A program made the translations under genes and the position numbers. This document shows positions 30,043 through 38,514 of a DNA stretch of 64,000 bases, piece by piece. Position 1 is the first letter of the stretch. Every line of letters begins with the position of its first letter. The stretch comes from Candidatus Bruticola sp. (GTDB taxonomy: Bacteria; Vulcanimicrobiota; Xenobia; Xenobiales; Xenobiaceae): assembly GCA_051874735.1 (NCBI GenBank), contig JBJEGD010000031.1, positions 130,681-194,680 on the forward strand, read 5' to 3'. A model generated the notes under the pieces. The model saw nothing but the letters and a program-made list of their open reading frames with translations, was not told the DNA's origin and did not search any database.

Positions 30043-31611
30043 ATGCTCACAATTTGTAGTTTTTGGCACCGACAGAAAAATTTTGTTTCAAAAGCGGCTT
30101 TTATGTTGGTTTTGGAAATTTTTTGCTGCTCTACTGTTTGGGCTTTGCCGACCGAGCCTGCTGCTGTTAAAGCTGTCGGTACTGTCACTAAAGTCGAAAC
30201 ATGTTGTATAGCTTGGGAAAGATCTGCTGCCAGCAAAACTGCAGATGATTCTGCGTCAATTAAAGAGCAAGTCCGCCGTTTGGCAAGCGAAACTGAAAAA
30301 ATCAGGGGATTGCGTTTTAAAGAGCCGGTTAACTGCCATTTTTGTACTCAGAATGAGGCGGGGAACTATTTGTTAGAGGCTAATCGCCAGGAATCTAAGC
30401 CTAATATCGATGAACGACGCAATCTGTTCTTTCACAATCTTGGTCTTTTGCAACAAGGACAGAATTTCCGCAATTACGCCGACTTAGTTTATTCAGAGCA
30501 AGTGCGCGGCCTTTATGATACCGTCAATAAAATTCTGTTAGTGGTGACTGATATTTTAGAAGAACCAAAAATTGATGCGATTATCAGCAAACTGCTCAAT
30601 CATTTTAATATCGATTTAAGCGATTTACTCTTAGTGCATGAGCTTTGCCACGCTCTGCAAGATCAAAACTTTAATTTAGGCCAGAAGTTATCAGCCGCTG
30701 AAGGTAATCTTGATAAGGAATTAGCCTTGACAGCTGTAGCTGAGGGAGACGCCACTAGTACTATGTTTACCTATTTGGCTTCTTCTATGGGCTTAAATAA
30801 GTACACTGTCCAGAAATATATAATTACTTCTCCTCAGTTAGTTGAAAAGGCTGTGAATCAATTTCCTCAGCTGGAAAAAGCTCCGCTGATTGTGAAAGCG
30901 GTAACGCTTATGCCTTATATGAACGGCCTCGATTTTTGTCAAGTTTTAGCTGAACAGCAGGGAAGTTCCAGTATAAATGGCGCTTTGGTTGATCCTCCTG
31001 TATCGACTGAACATATACTCCATCCTTTTAAGCATATAAAGAAAGTGGACTTGCCTAAAACTGTAGATTTCAGCGCTTTACCCAGTAATTTCGGCAATTA
31101 TGTAAGCTTAGGCGATGACACTGCCGGTGAGTACATTATCCGTACTTGGATCGAAAATTTTAATAAAGCCAAGGCTGCAGCTGTAGCTCGAGGTTGGGGT
31201 GGTGATACTTGGCGTGTTTACAGACTGTCTCGCTCAATTGGCAGTGCAAATGAGCTTAGTCAATATGCCGACGGTGAGTTGCCTAGGACTTACAGTGTTG
31301 AAAATGGAGCAGATAAAGCTAATCATAGCCAAATTAACGCGTCAGTCTCTAAATTATCAAGCAAACAAGCTTCGGAAAAAACTTCACACTTATATGGCAG
31401 TTTTAATGACAGCTTTGTTATTTGGGCTTCAATTTGGGATAGTGAAGGTGATGCTAAAGAATTTGCTGACGCTGTGAAGAATATATCAGATGTAAAGTCG
31501 GAAATTCATGCTCACGATCGCAGCGTAATTGTTCTGCTTAATGTTCCTGAGAGCCAAATCAATGCGGTTAGAAAGGCAATCTCCAAGCCTAGTATTATGG
31601 TGCGTGGTTGA
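30043..31611 (+). CDS. Exported zincin-like metalloprotease-family protein
   Basis: Signal peptide; VHELCHALQDQNF, AVAEGDA, PYMNG, PPVSTEHILHP, GWGGD. Confidence 0.6.
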   Translation: MLTICSFWHRQKNFVSKAAFMLVLEIFCCSTVWALPTEPAAVKAVGTVTKVETCCIAWERSAASKTADDSASIKEQVRRLASETEKIRGLRFKEPVNCHFCTQNEAGNYLLEANRQESKPNIDERRNLFFHNLGLLQQGQNFRNYADLVYSEQVRGLYDTVNKILLVVTDILEEPKIDAIISKLLNHFNIDLSDLLLVHELCHALQDQNFNLGQKLSAAEGNLDKELALTAVAEGDATSTMFTYLASSMGLNKYTVQKYIITSPQLVEKAVNQFPQLEKAPLIVKAVTLMPYMNGLDFCQVLAEQQGSSSINGALVDPPVSTEHILHPFKHIKKVDLPKTVDFSALPSNFGNYVSLGDDTAGEYIIRTWIENFNKAKAAAVARGWGGDTWRVYRLSRSIGSANELSQYADGELPRTYSVENGADKANHSQINASVSKLSSKQASEKTSHLYGSFNDSFVIWASIWDSEGDAKEFADAVKNISDVKSEIHAHDRSVIVLLNVPESQINAVRKAISKPSIMVRG

Positions 31612-31739
31612 AATTGACGTCTGACTAGTATCAGCTTTTGAGTTTAGACAGACTATAAGTTACAGGAAATCACATTGTTTTTTTAGAAAGATAACGGGAT
31701 TTTTGCCTATTTGGCAGCTGCCGTTTGGGGTGTAGTGTT

Positions 31740-32144
31740 ATGCATATACAAATTTTGCTGCGTATTTGTGGCGATAGCGGTCGGCGTTTTATGGGGCCAG
31801 GGCCTTATGCTTTGCTGCGAGGTGTTGAAAAATATGGTTCTATACGTAAATCAGCTATCAATTTGAATATGTCTTATGCTAAGGCTCACCGTATTCTAAC
31901 TTCTTTAGAAAAAGAATTAGGCATAAAGCTCATGAACAGGTATATTGGCGGTTATGAGCATGGCGGAGCTGAGCTAACTAAGGAAGCCAGTTTGCTTTTG
32001 GACCATTATGATAGTATGTTAAAGAAGCTTCAGGAGGCCGCTAAGGAACCTTGGCAAGAGTTCTTACAGGCAGCAGATCGCATCAAACATGAACAGGAGC
32101 TCAGCTCTGCCGCATCGCAAGAACATGAGGAACTTGACAGTTAA
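31740..32144 (+). CDS. ModE-family winged-HTH regulator (no molybdate-binding TOBE domains)
   Basis: FMGPGPYALLRGVEKYGSIRKSA..LNMSYAKA...GGAELT; only ~134 aa. Confidence 0.8.
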   Translation: MHIQILLRICGDSGRRFMGPGPYALLRGVEKYGSIRKSAINLNMSYAKAHRILTSLEKELGIKLMNRYIGGYEHGGAELTKEASLLLDHYDSMLKKLQEAAKEPWQEFLQAADRIKHEQELSSAASQEHEELDS

Positions 32145-32769
32145 AGAACTGACATTTACAGCTATGCTAACTTGCTGCAACTCTGTTTCAGAGTTAGTGA
32201 TTGGCACGCTGCTTCATCTCATCAACTTTTCTATGAAAGGATCTGTGTTAGTTGGCCTTAACGTTATGGTCTACACCGTTCTTTTCAGTCGGATACCGCG
32301 TTTTGGTATTGTCACTTTGTGCGGTTTAGGTACAGCATTAGTTAATTTTCTAATTACAGGCGGGTTCAAATTCTTTGCCCTTTACTGTATTGTCATTGAA
32401 GCTTTAGTTGTTGATATTATTTTTTCTGTTTTTAAGCTTAGCAAATCTAGTATTATAGCTTCATGCGTAGCTGCAGGTCTTACCGCCTGTCTTTGCGGCT
32501 TCGTCAACGCTTTTTTATTTTTAGGTATTGATCCTGGAATAGCATTGCAGCGTTTGTCTCAAAGTACGTTGACCTTGGGTCAGCCTTTAGCAGTTATAGT
32601 AGGTTTTATTGTTCTGGGACGAATTTTAGCTGGTGTAGTTTTGGGCTTAGTAGCCTGGAGACTAGTGCGTCTGATTAGTCCTGAAAGAGACTATATCGGT
32701 AGTACCACCGCCATAAAATCAAGCCCAAAATTACATATATCTGAGACAGTAATACATAAAGAAAGTTGA
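32125..32769 (+). CDS. Integral membrane protein, possibly ECF-transporter S-component-like
   Basis: About 6 hydrophobic segments; short N-terminus LTVKELTF typical of S components. Confidence 0.45.
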   Translation: MRNLTVKELTFTAMLTCCNSVSELVIGTLLHLINFSMKGSVLVGLNVMVYTVLFSRIPRFGIVTLCGLGTALVNFLITGGFKFFALYCIVIEALVVDIIFSVFKLSKSSIIASCVAAGLTACLCGFVNAFLFLGIDPGIALQRLSQSTLTLGQPLAVIVGFIVLGRILAGVVLGLVAWRLVRLISPERDYIGSTTAIKSSPKLHISETVIHKES

Positions 32770-33434
32770 TGATAGTGAAAATGGACCAACTTAAAAGTTT
32801 TCTTTTTACTTTGGGATTAATGGCATTAATGCAGATTAGTTGTGCAGCAGAACCGATAACTGCGGTTGAACTTCCTGCTCCAGAACAGAGCGGAGGCCGT
32901 CCTATTATGGACGTTTTTAAAGATCGACACACAGAGCGCCGTTTTGCTATTAACAAAGAGGTTCCCGAGCAGATTCTCAGCAATTTGCTTTGGGCTTCTT
33001 GGGGTATAAATAGGAGTGATGGTAAGCGTACCGCTCCTACAGCTAGAAATAGTAGGAATATAGATATTTATGTGGCTAAGGCTGACGGCCTTTGGCGTTA
33101 CGATGCTGCTGCTAATAAGCTTATACTGTTTAAAAGCGGCGATGCTCGCCGGGGCCGATTTAAGAGTGCTCCTTTTTCGTTTTATTATGTTGCTCCAGTT
33201 GCCCCTGATCCCCATTTCTCTTATATGCATGCTGGTTCATTGTATCAAAATGCCGGTCTTTACTGCGCTTCTTGCGGTTTAGGAAATGTGGTAGTTGGCG
33301 ATCCCTCTACTCTTGAGTCTATTAATCGTGATTACAAGTTTGATAAAGGTTATGAAGTTTTGGTTATTCAGTCTTTCGGATGGCCCAGTACTGAGAAAAC
33401 GAATAATTCGGCTCAGAATAAAATGTCTAAATAG
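32766..33434 (+). CDS. Nitroreductase-family (SagB/ThcOx-like) flavoprotein with signal peptide
   Basis: LPAPEQSGG, DRHTERRF, LSNLLWASWGINR, KRTAPTARN, QNAGLYCASCGL. Confidence 0.8.
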   Translation: MMIVKMDQLKSFLFTLGLMALMQISCAAEPITAVELPAPEQSGGRPIMDVFKDRHTERRFAINKEVPEQILSNLLWASWGINRSDGKRTAPTARNSRNIDIYVAKADGLWRYDAAANKLILFKSGDARRGRFKSAPFSFYYVAPVAPDPHFSYMHAGSLYQNAGLYCASCGLGNVVVGDPSTLESINRDYKFDKGYEVLVIQSFGWPSTEKTNNSAQNKMSK

Positions 33435-33564
33435 AAGAGCAAGCTGACAAGCGTGTTTCTGGATATGAAAGGTAAAGGCTTAAAGTTAAAGGAAACAAGC
33501 CGTTCAACTAGCTGCTTTTTTTCAGCTATATGCGCTTAGTAATAAGGAGAGTTCTTAAAGAAGT

Positions 33565-34437
33565 ATGTCCGACACCTTGTTTATTGTAGATACTATGTAC
33601 CAGATATTTAAAAATTTTTATGCTTTGGGTGGCGCCCGAGGTTTAAGAAGTGCGCAGGGTGTACCTACTTCGGCTGTCTATGGTTTAGCTAAAACTTTGC
33701 GCAGTTGGCGTACTAAATTAGGCATGGATTACTGTATTTGTGCTTTTGAAAGTTCTGTGCCAGTTTTTCGCCGGGAAATTTCTCCTTTATATAAGGCGAA
33801 CCGTCCGCCGTTAGATCCCGATTTAAAGGTACAAATTCCTCTGGCTATGGATATGTGTCGCCATTTGGGATATAAGGTTATTTATGCTGATGGTTATGAG
33901 GCTGACGATATAATCGGAACTTTATCGGCGTCTGCTTTAAAAAAAGGCTGGAAAGTGCGCGTTCTCTCTAAAGACAAAGATTTTGCCCAGTTGCTCGCTC
34001 TAGATGGGGACATTGCCATAATGCTTCCAGCAGAGGGCAAAAGTGACGAGCATTATGTTGATAAAAGCAACTGTCAGGATAATTATTGTGGAGTACCGGC
34101 TGAACTTATAGTCGATTGGTTGGCTTTAATGGGAGACGCTTCTGATAATATTATAGGTGTGAAAGGTATAGGCGAGAAAACTGGTGCTAAGCTCATCAAT
34201 AAATTCGGAAGTTTGGAAAATATTATAGAACGAGCCGATCTTTGCGGACGTTTTGCCGTGGCTATAAAAGAAGCTCAGGATCGTTTAAAAATGAATAAAG
34301 TTTTGGCTTCTATACGCCAGGATGCTCCTTTGCCTGTACATATGAACAGTTTGGAGGAGTTTAAAATTCAGAATCCAGGAGCTGCTGCCGAGTCTTTTTG
34401 TCAAAATTTAGGTATCAAGTTTGCTTCTTTAATTTGA
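33565..34437 (+). CDS. Stand-alone 5'-3' exonuclease / flap endonuclease (PolA N-terminal-like)
   Basis: YKANR, GYEADDIIG, SKDKDFAQL, LMGDASDNIIGVKGIGEKTG; no polymerase domain. Confidence 0.88.
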   Translation: MSDTLFIVDTMYQIFKNFYALGGARGLRSAQGVPTSAVYGLAKTLRSWRTKLGMDYCICAFESSVPVFRREISPLYKANRPPLDPDLKVQIPLAMDMCRHLGYKVIYADGYEADDIIGTLSASALKKGWKVRVLSKDKDFAQLLALDGDIAIMLPAEGKSDEHYVDKSNCQDNYCGVPAELIVDWLALMGDASDNIIGVKGIGEKTGAKLINKFGSLENIIERADLCGRFAVAIKEAQDRLKMNKVLASIRQDAPLPVHMNSLEEFKIQNPGAAAESFCQNLGIKFASLI

Positions 34438-34527
34438 GCTGTTGTTAATCTTGATGATAAATGTGCTTCCAAAATTTTGACTAAGCTTAATAGGTACAAA
34501 CTTTAGAATATATTGGCGACAATAATG

Positions 34528-34576
34528 AGGCCCGAGGGCTTAGGCAGCCAGTTCAGCTGCTTAAGCCCTCGGGCTT
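34528..34576. terminator. Long hairpin between convergent genes
   Basis: AGGCCCGAGGGCTTAGGCAGC...GCTGCTTAAGCCCTCGGGCTT. Confidence 0.65.
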
Positions 34577-34595
34577 AGTCAATTCTTACACTTGA

Positions 34596-35975
34596 CTATT
34601 TTTTCATCTCCGGAAGCGCAGCAATTTCCTGCATCAGATAAATAGAAGCAGCTATGCCAGCGTGGAAATTTTCTAAAGAAAGATGCTCGTTAGGAGCATG
34701 AATCTGCTCATCTTCCAAACCTACGCCTAAGAGTACAGCTGGGATGTTGAGTACTTTGGTAAAAGTAGAAACAATGGGGATGGAACCGCCTTCGCGAACT
34801 TTTACCGGGACTGTATTCCAGGCTTTCTGAGCTGCAATATTAGCTGCGCGTAAAACGGGATCGTCAGGAGAAGTCATCCAAGCTGGGCCGCCGTGATCAA
34901 ATTTAACGCTTACGGTAACAGCCGGGGAGGCTAAACGCCTTATTTCAGCTTCTAAGAGTTGAGCAATCTCTTTGTCGTCTTGATCGGGAACCAAACGGCA
35001 GGAAATTTTGGCGTAAGCTCTGGAAGGAATGACCGTTTTGGCACCTTCGCCAGTAAAACCACCCCAAATTCCATTTACATCGAGGGTGGGACGAGCCCAG
35101 CGCCGCTCAATGCAGCTGTATCCCTCTTCGCCGCAGAGCTCCGGAGAACCGACCATCTGACGATACTCTTCTTCGTCAAAATCGAGACCTTCCCATTCTT
35201 TACGTTCCTCCTCAGAGAGAGGGCGCACCTTATCGTAGAAGTGGGGGATGGTAATGCGGTACTTGTCATCTTTGAGAGCAGCAATAATGCGGCAGAGTTC
35301 ATTAATGGGGTTAGGTACAGCTCCTCCGAACATACCTGAGTGCATATCGCCATCGCCGCCCTTAATTTCCACTTCAAGATAAGTTAGGCCGCGCAAGCCG
35401 TAAAGCAGGGAGGGACGGCCTGGAGCGTACATAGTGGTGTCAGAAATAACTAAAACATCGGCTTTTAATAAGTCGGCGTGGCTGACAATCCAGTTATCAA
35501 GGTTAGGACTGCCGCACTCTTCTTCGCCTTCGATACAGAACTTCAAGTTTACCGGCAGGGCCTTAAGGTCATTGAGAGTTTTAGCCGCTTTAATATGTAC
35601 TAAAAATTGGCCTTTGTCGTCTGAAGTGCCTCGGGCATAAATTTTTCCATCACGTATTGAAGGCTCAAAAGGAGGGGTTTCCCACTCTTCAATGGGATCT
35701 TCAGGCTGCACATCGTAGTGGCCGTAAACTAAAATGGTGGGACGATCAGCTTTTTGTTCAGATTCGGCATAAACTATAGGATGGCCCGGTGTAGGCATAA
35801 TTTCTGCTTTGCTGATACCAGCTTCATTGAGCTGGCGCACAACTTCTTGAGCGCATTTCAGCATATCCTGTTTGTGCTTTTCATCGGTGCTGACACTGGG
35901 AATGCGCAGAATAGATTTGAGATCTTCCTCAAATTTGGCGGCATTCTCTTTTAAATAAGTGGTAATTTCCGTCAT
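34596..35975 (-). CDS. M20 family dipeptidase
   Basis: YGHYDVQP, ARGTSDDKGQ, EGEEECGS, HSGMFGG, HAPNE; ATG 35975 with SD AGGAGG. Confidence 0.9.
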   Translation of the reverse strand: MTEITTYLKENAAKFEEDLKSILRIPSVSTDEKHKQDMLKCAQEVVRQLNEAGISKAEIMPTPGHPIVYAESEQKADRPTILVYGHYDVQPEDPIEEWETPPFEPSIRDGKIYARGTSDDKGQFLVHIKAAKTLNDLKALPVNLKFCIEGEEECGSPNLDNWIVSHADLLKADVLVISDTTMYAPGRPSLLYGLRGLTYLEVEIKGGDGDMHSGMFGGAVPNPINELCRIIAALKDDKYRITIPHFYDKVRPLSEEERKEWEGLDFDEEEYRQMVGSPELCGEEGYSCIERRWARPTLDVNGIWGGFTGEGAKTVIPSRAYAKISCRLVPDQDDKEIAQLLEAEIRRLASPAVTVSVKFDHGGPAWMTSPDDPVLRAANIAAQKAWNTVPVKVREGGSIPIVSTFTKVLNIPAVLLGVGLEDEQIHAPNEHLSLENFHAGIAASIYLMQEIAALPEMKK

Positions 35976-36224
35976 TAACATCCTCCTGTTTGAGCTTTTG
36001 AAAGAGCCAAACTCACTGTAAAACCAATGTGAAATACCCCGCGTAAACGGGCAGCCATATTGCACCCTAAAGTGTATTTCGACAAATAAGCTTTGTTACT
36101 TACCTAATTTTCGTATCAAGCTGAAAATTTGCATCTGCAAGGCAGTACAGCTTGAAAAATAAAAAAACGAGTTCCGGGAGTCAAACCCGAAACCCGCTTA
36201 ACGTAGGGGATTGCTATTCTACAG

Positions 36225-36314
36225 TGGCGGAGTGACTGGGATTCGAACCCAGGTGGGCCTTTTGGACCCTCACGCTTAGCAGGCGTGCGCCTTTAACCTC
36301 TCGGCCATCGCTCC
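36225..36314 (-). tRNA. tRNA-Ser(GCT)
   Basis: Minus strand GGAGCGATGGCCGAGAGGTTAAAGGCGCACGC-CTGCTAA-GCGTG, long variable arm, GGGTTCGAATCCC, G73, encoded CCA. Confidence 0.95.
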
Positions 36315-36327
36315 GTGGAACGCAGTG

Positions 36328-36356
36328 ATTATACTAATAACTCTATAAAAAGGCAA
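36328..36356 (-). promoter_or_regulatory. sigma70 promoter of tRNA-Ser
   Basis: TTGCCT-N17-TATAAT on the minus strand, 13 nt upstream of the tRNA 5' end. Confidence 0.75.
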
Positions 36357-36615
36357 GAGGTATTTAGCAAAAATAATATAAATTTTTTGGGTATGTAAGT
36401 TTATAGCTTGTTATACAGGAAGCTTTTTGTGTTTTTAAGCTTTGTATTATCGTAACCATCTATGCTGTAAGGTAGATTAAAGCTGCCCTATGAGAGGATA
36501 GTTGTTTTCTAAAAGTTATTCCGATGCAGCTTTTTTGTATTATACTGTAAAAGGGAACGTTTATATTAGTTTATAAAGAAACTGCTGGAAATGAGCAGAT
36601 AAGAGATGTTTTTTT

Positions 36616-37266
36616 ATGTTTAACAATCCGAACGGTTCACTGAAGCGGGCTTTTGATTTTTTCGCTTCGCTATTTTTGTTAGTTATACTCAGTCCTATTT
36701 TAGCAGCCTGTGCAGTTGCCGTACTTATTGATAACGGTTGGCCTATTTTTTATGTGCAGGAGCGCGTAGGCAGGCGTGGCCGCAAGTTTCCTTTTTTTAA
36801 ATTTCGCACTATGATTCGCAACGCAGAGCGGTTGGGCAGCGGCTATGAAATATCAAAGAATGATTCGAGAATAACCAAGACTGGGGCTTTTTTGCGCCGT
36901 TGGTCACTAGACGAACTGCCTCAGCTTTTCAACGTACTGCGCGGTGAAATGAGTTTAGTCGGTCCGCGTCCTACTTTAGCTTATCAGGTAGAAGCCTACA
37001 GCCCCCACCAGCGCCGCCGTTTAGAAGTTTTGCCTGGTTTAACTGGACTAGCTCAGGTAAGCGGACGCAACAGTATTACCTGGCCGGAGCGTATAGAATT
37101 AGATATATATTATATAAACAATTATTCTTTCTGGCTTGATTGTCAAATTTTGTGGCGCACTGTAGGCGTGCTTTATCGCGGGGATGAAATTTACGGTTAT
37201 GGTTGGCTGCCTAAAGCTGGGCAGGTATCTGTTGATTCAGCCACAGGCGACGAGCATAAACAGTAA
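36616..37266 (+). CDS. Monotopic phosphoglycosyl transferase (PglC-like bacterial sugar transferase)
   Basis: KRAFD, FKFRTM, LRRWSLDELPQLFNVLRGEMSLVGPRP, PGLTGLAQV. Confidence 0.9.
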   Translation: MFNNPNGSLKRAFDFFASLFLLVILSPILAACAVAVLIDNGWPIFYVQERVGRRGRKFPFFKFRTMIRNAERLGSGYEISKNDSRITKTGAFLRRWSLDELPQLFNVLRGEMSLVGPRPTLAYQVEAYSPHQRRRLEVLPGLTGLAQVSGRNSITWPERIELDIYYINNYSFWLDCQILWRTVGVLYRGDEIYGYGWLPKAGQVSVDSATGDEHKQ

Positions 37267-37335
37267 AGTGCATGTAGATTGTCGGTATATTTTATCAGTG
37301 TGGAATAAAAAATAAAAAAATAAAGAGGTAAGGTT

Positions 37336-38502
37336 ATGGAAAAGCGCACACCAGCTATTTTAGGCGGTTCACCATTATTTGATCCAGCTATTCCCTTTAC
37401 TCAGCCTACTACGCCAGCCTGGGAAGAAGTTGCTCCTTCTTTAGAAAAGATGTATCGCAGTGGCTGGTTAACTAAGGGGCCTTATTTGCGCCTTTTTGAA
37501 CAAAAAATGGCCGATTTGCTTGGCGTAAAATATGCCATAGGTGTTTCTTCCTGCACTAGCGGTCTTATTTTAGGACTGCAGGCTTTGCAGCTTAATAAGG
37601 ATAAGGGCGAAATTATCGTACCTTCATTTTCTTTTATGGCCACTTTCCACGCTATTTGGTGGAACGGTTTTAAACCCGTGTTTGTGGACTGTGAACCCGA
37701 TACGTTTACGGTCGATGTTGAGCAAATGCGCCGCGCCATTACTCCGCGTACCGCTGCTTTAGCAGCAGTAAGCGTTTTTGGCAATCCTCTAGATTTTGCA
37801 GCTGTAGAACGTTTGGGAGAAGAATACGGTTTGCCCGTATTTTATGATTCTGCTCACGGCTTAGGCACCATATATGAGGGCCATCCATTAGGTGGTCGAG
37901 GTAGCTTTGAATCATTTTCTCTTTCACCCACCAAGTTGCTCACTGGAGGTGAGGGCGGTTTAGTCACTACTAATAGTGAAAAAATTGCCAATCATATTAT
38001 TGCTGGAAGAGATTATGGCAACCCAGGCAGCTATGAGTGTCCTTATATCGGTATGAATGCTCGCATGAGTGAAGCTAATGCTATTATTGCCGCTAAAGGA
38101 GCTGACTATTTAGAAAATTACGCTCTGCACCGCAATAAAGCGGCTGAGGCTTATAAGCAAGGACTACAAGATTTGCCCGGTCTTTCTTTCCAAACTATCC
38201 GCGCTCACTCGCGCTCTTCTTACAAAGATTTTGCTGTTGTCGTCAGTTCTGAATTCGGTATGAGTCGTGACACCCTCAGTAAAGCACTTACCATGGAAGG
38301 CGTGCCTAACCGAGCCTATTTTAATCCGGCAGGTCACAAGTTATCTTGCTATAACGACGGACGGTTACAGCTGCCTATTACTGAGAAAATTAGCGACAGT
38401 ATTATCTGCCTCCCTATCTCCTCTCATATGGATCTGCAGCTAATCTCTAAAATTTGCCAACTTATTCATGAGCTGCACGACTGCCGCGCTCAGTTGTCCT
38501 AA
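37336..38502 (+). CDS. DegT/DnrJ/EryC1/StrS PLP-dependent sugar aminotransferase
   Basis: VSSCTSGL, YDSAHGLG, SLSPTKLLTGGEGG, GMNARMSE. Confidence 0.9.
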   Translation: MEKRTPAILGGSPLFDPAIPFTQPTTPAWEEVAPSLEKMYRSGWLTKGPYLRLFEQKMADLLGVKYAIGVSSCTSGLILGLQALQLNKDKGEIIVPSFSFMATFHAIWWNGFKPVFVDCEPDTFTVDVEQMRRAITPRTAALAAVSVFGNPLDFAAVERLGEEYGLPVFYDSAHGLGTIYEGHPLGGRGSFESFSLSPTKLLTGGEGGLVTTNSEKIANHIIAGRDYGNPGSYECPYIGMNARMSEANAIIAAKGADYLENYALHRNKAAEAYKQGLQDLPGLSFQTIRAHSRSSYKDFAVVVSSEFGMSRDTLSKALTMEGVPNRAYFNPAGHKLSCYNDGRLQLPITEKISDSIICLPISSHMDLQLISKICQLIHELHDCRAQLS

Positions 38503-38514
38503 GGAGGTCAGATT

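Noticed and set aside
31674-31698. Autoregulatory ModE box upstream of the ModE-like gene
   Set aside because: Only the ATAACG half-site matches and the spacing is wrong
32766-33434. SagB-like dehydrogenase plus ATP-grasp and peptidases as a RiPP cluster
   Set aside because: No YcaO or precursor peptide; the genes are dispersed over tens of kb and belong to commonly stand-alone families
36066-36224. Genomic island integrated at the tRNA-Ser 3' end
   Set aside because: No integrase and no duplicated tRNA 3' fragment seen; a housekeeping peptidase follows directly
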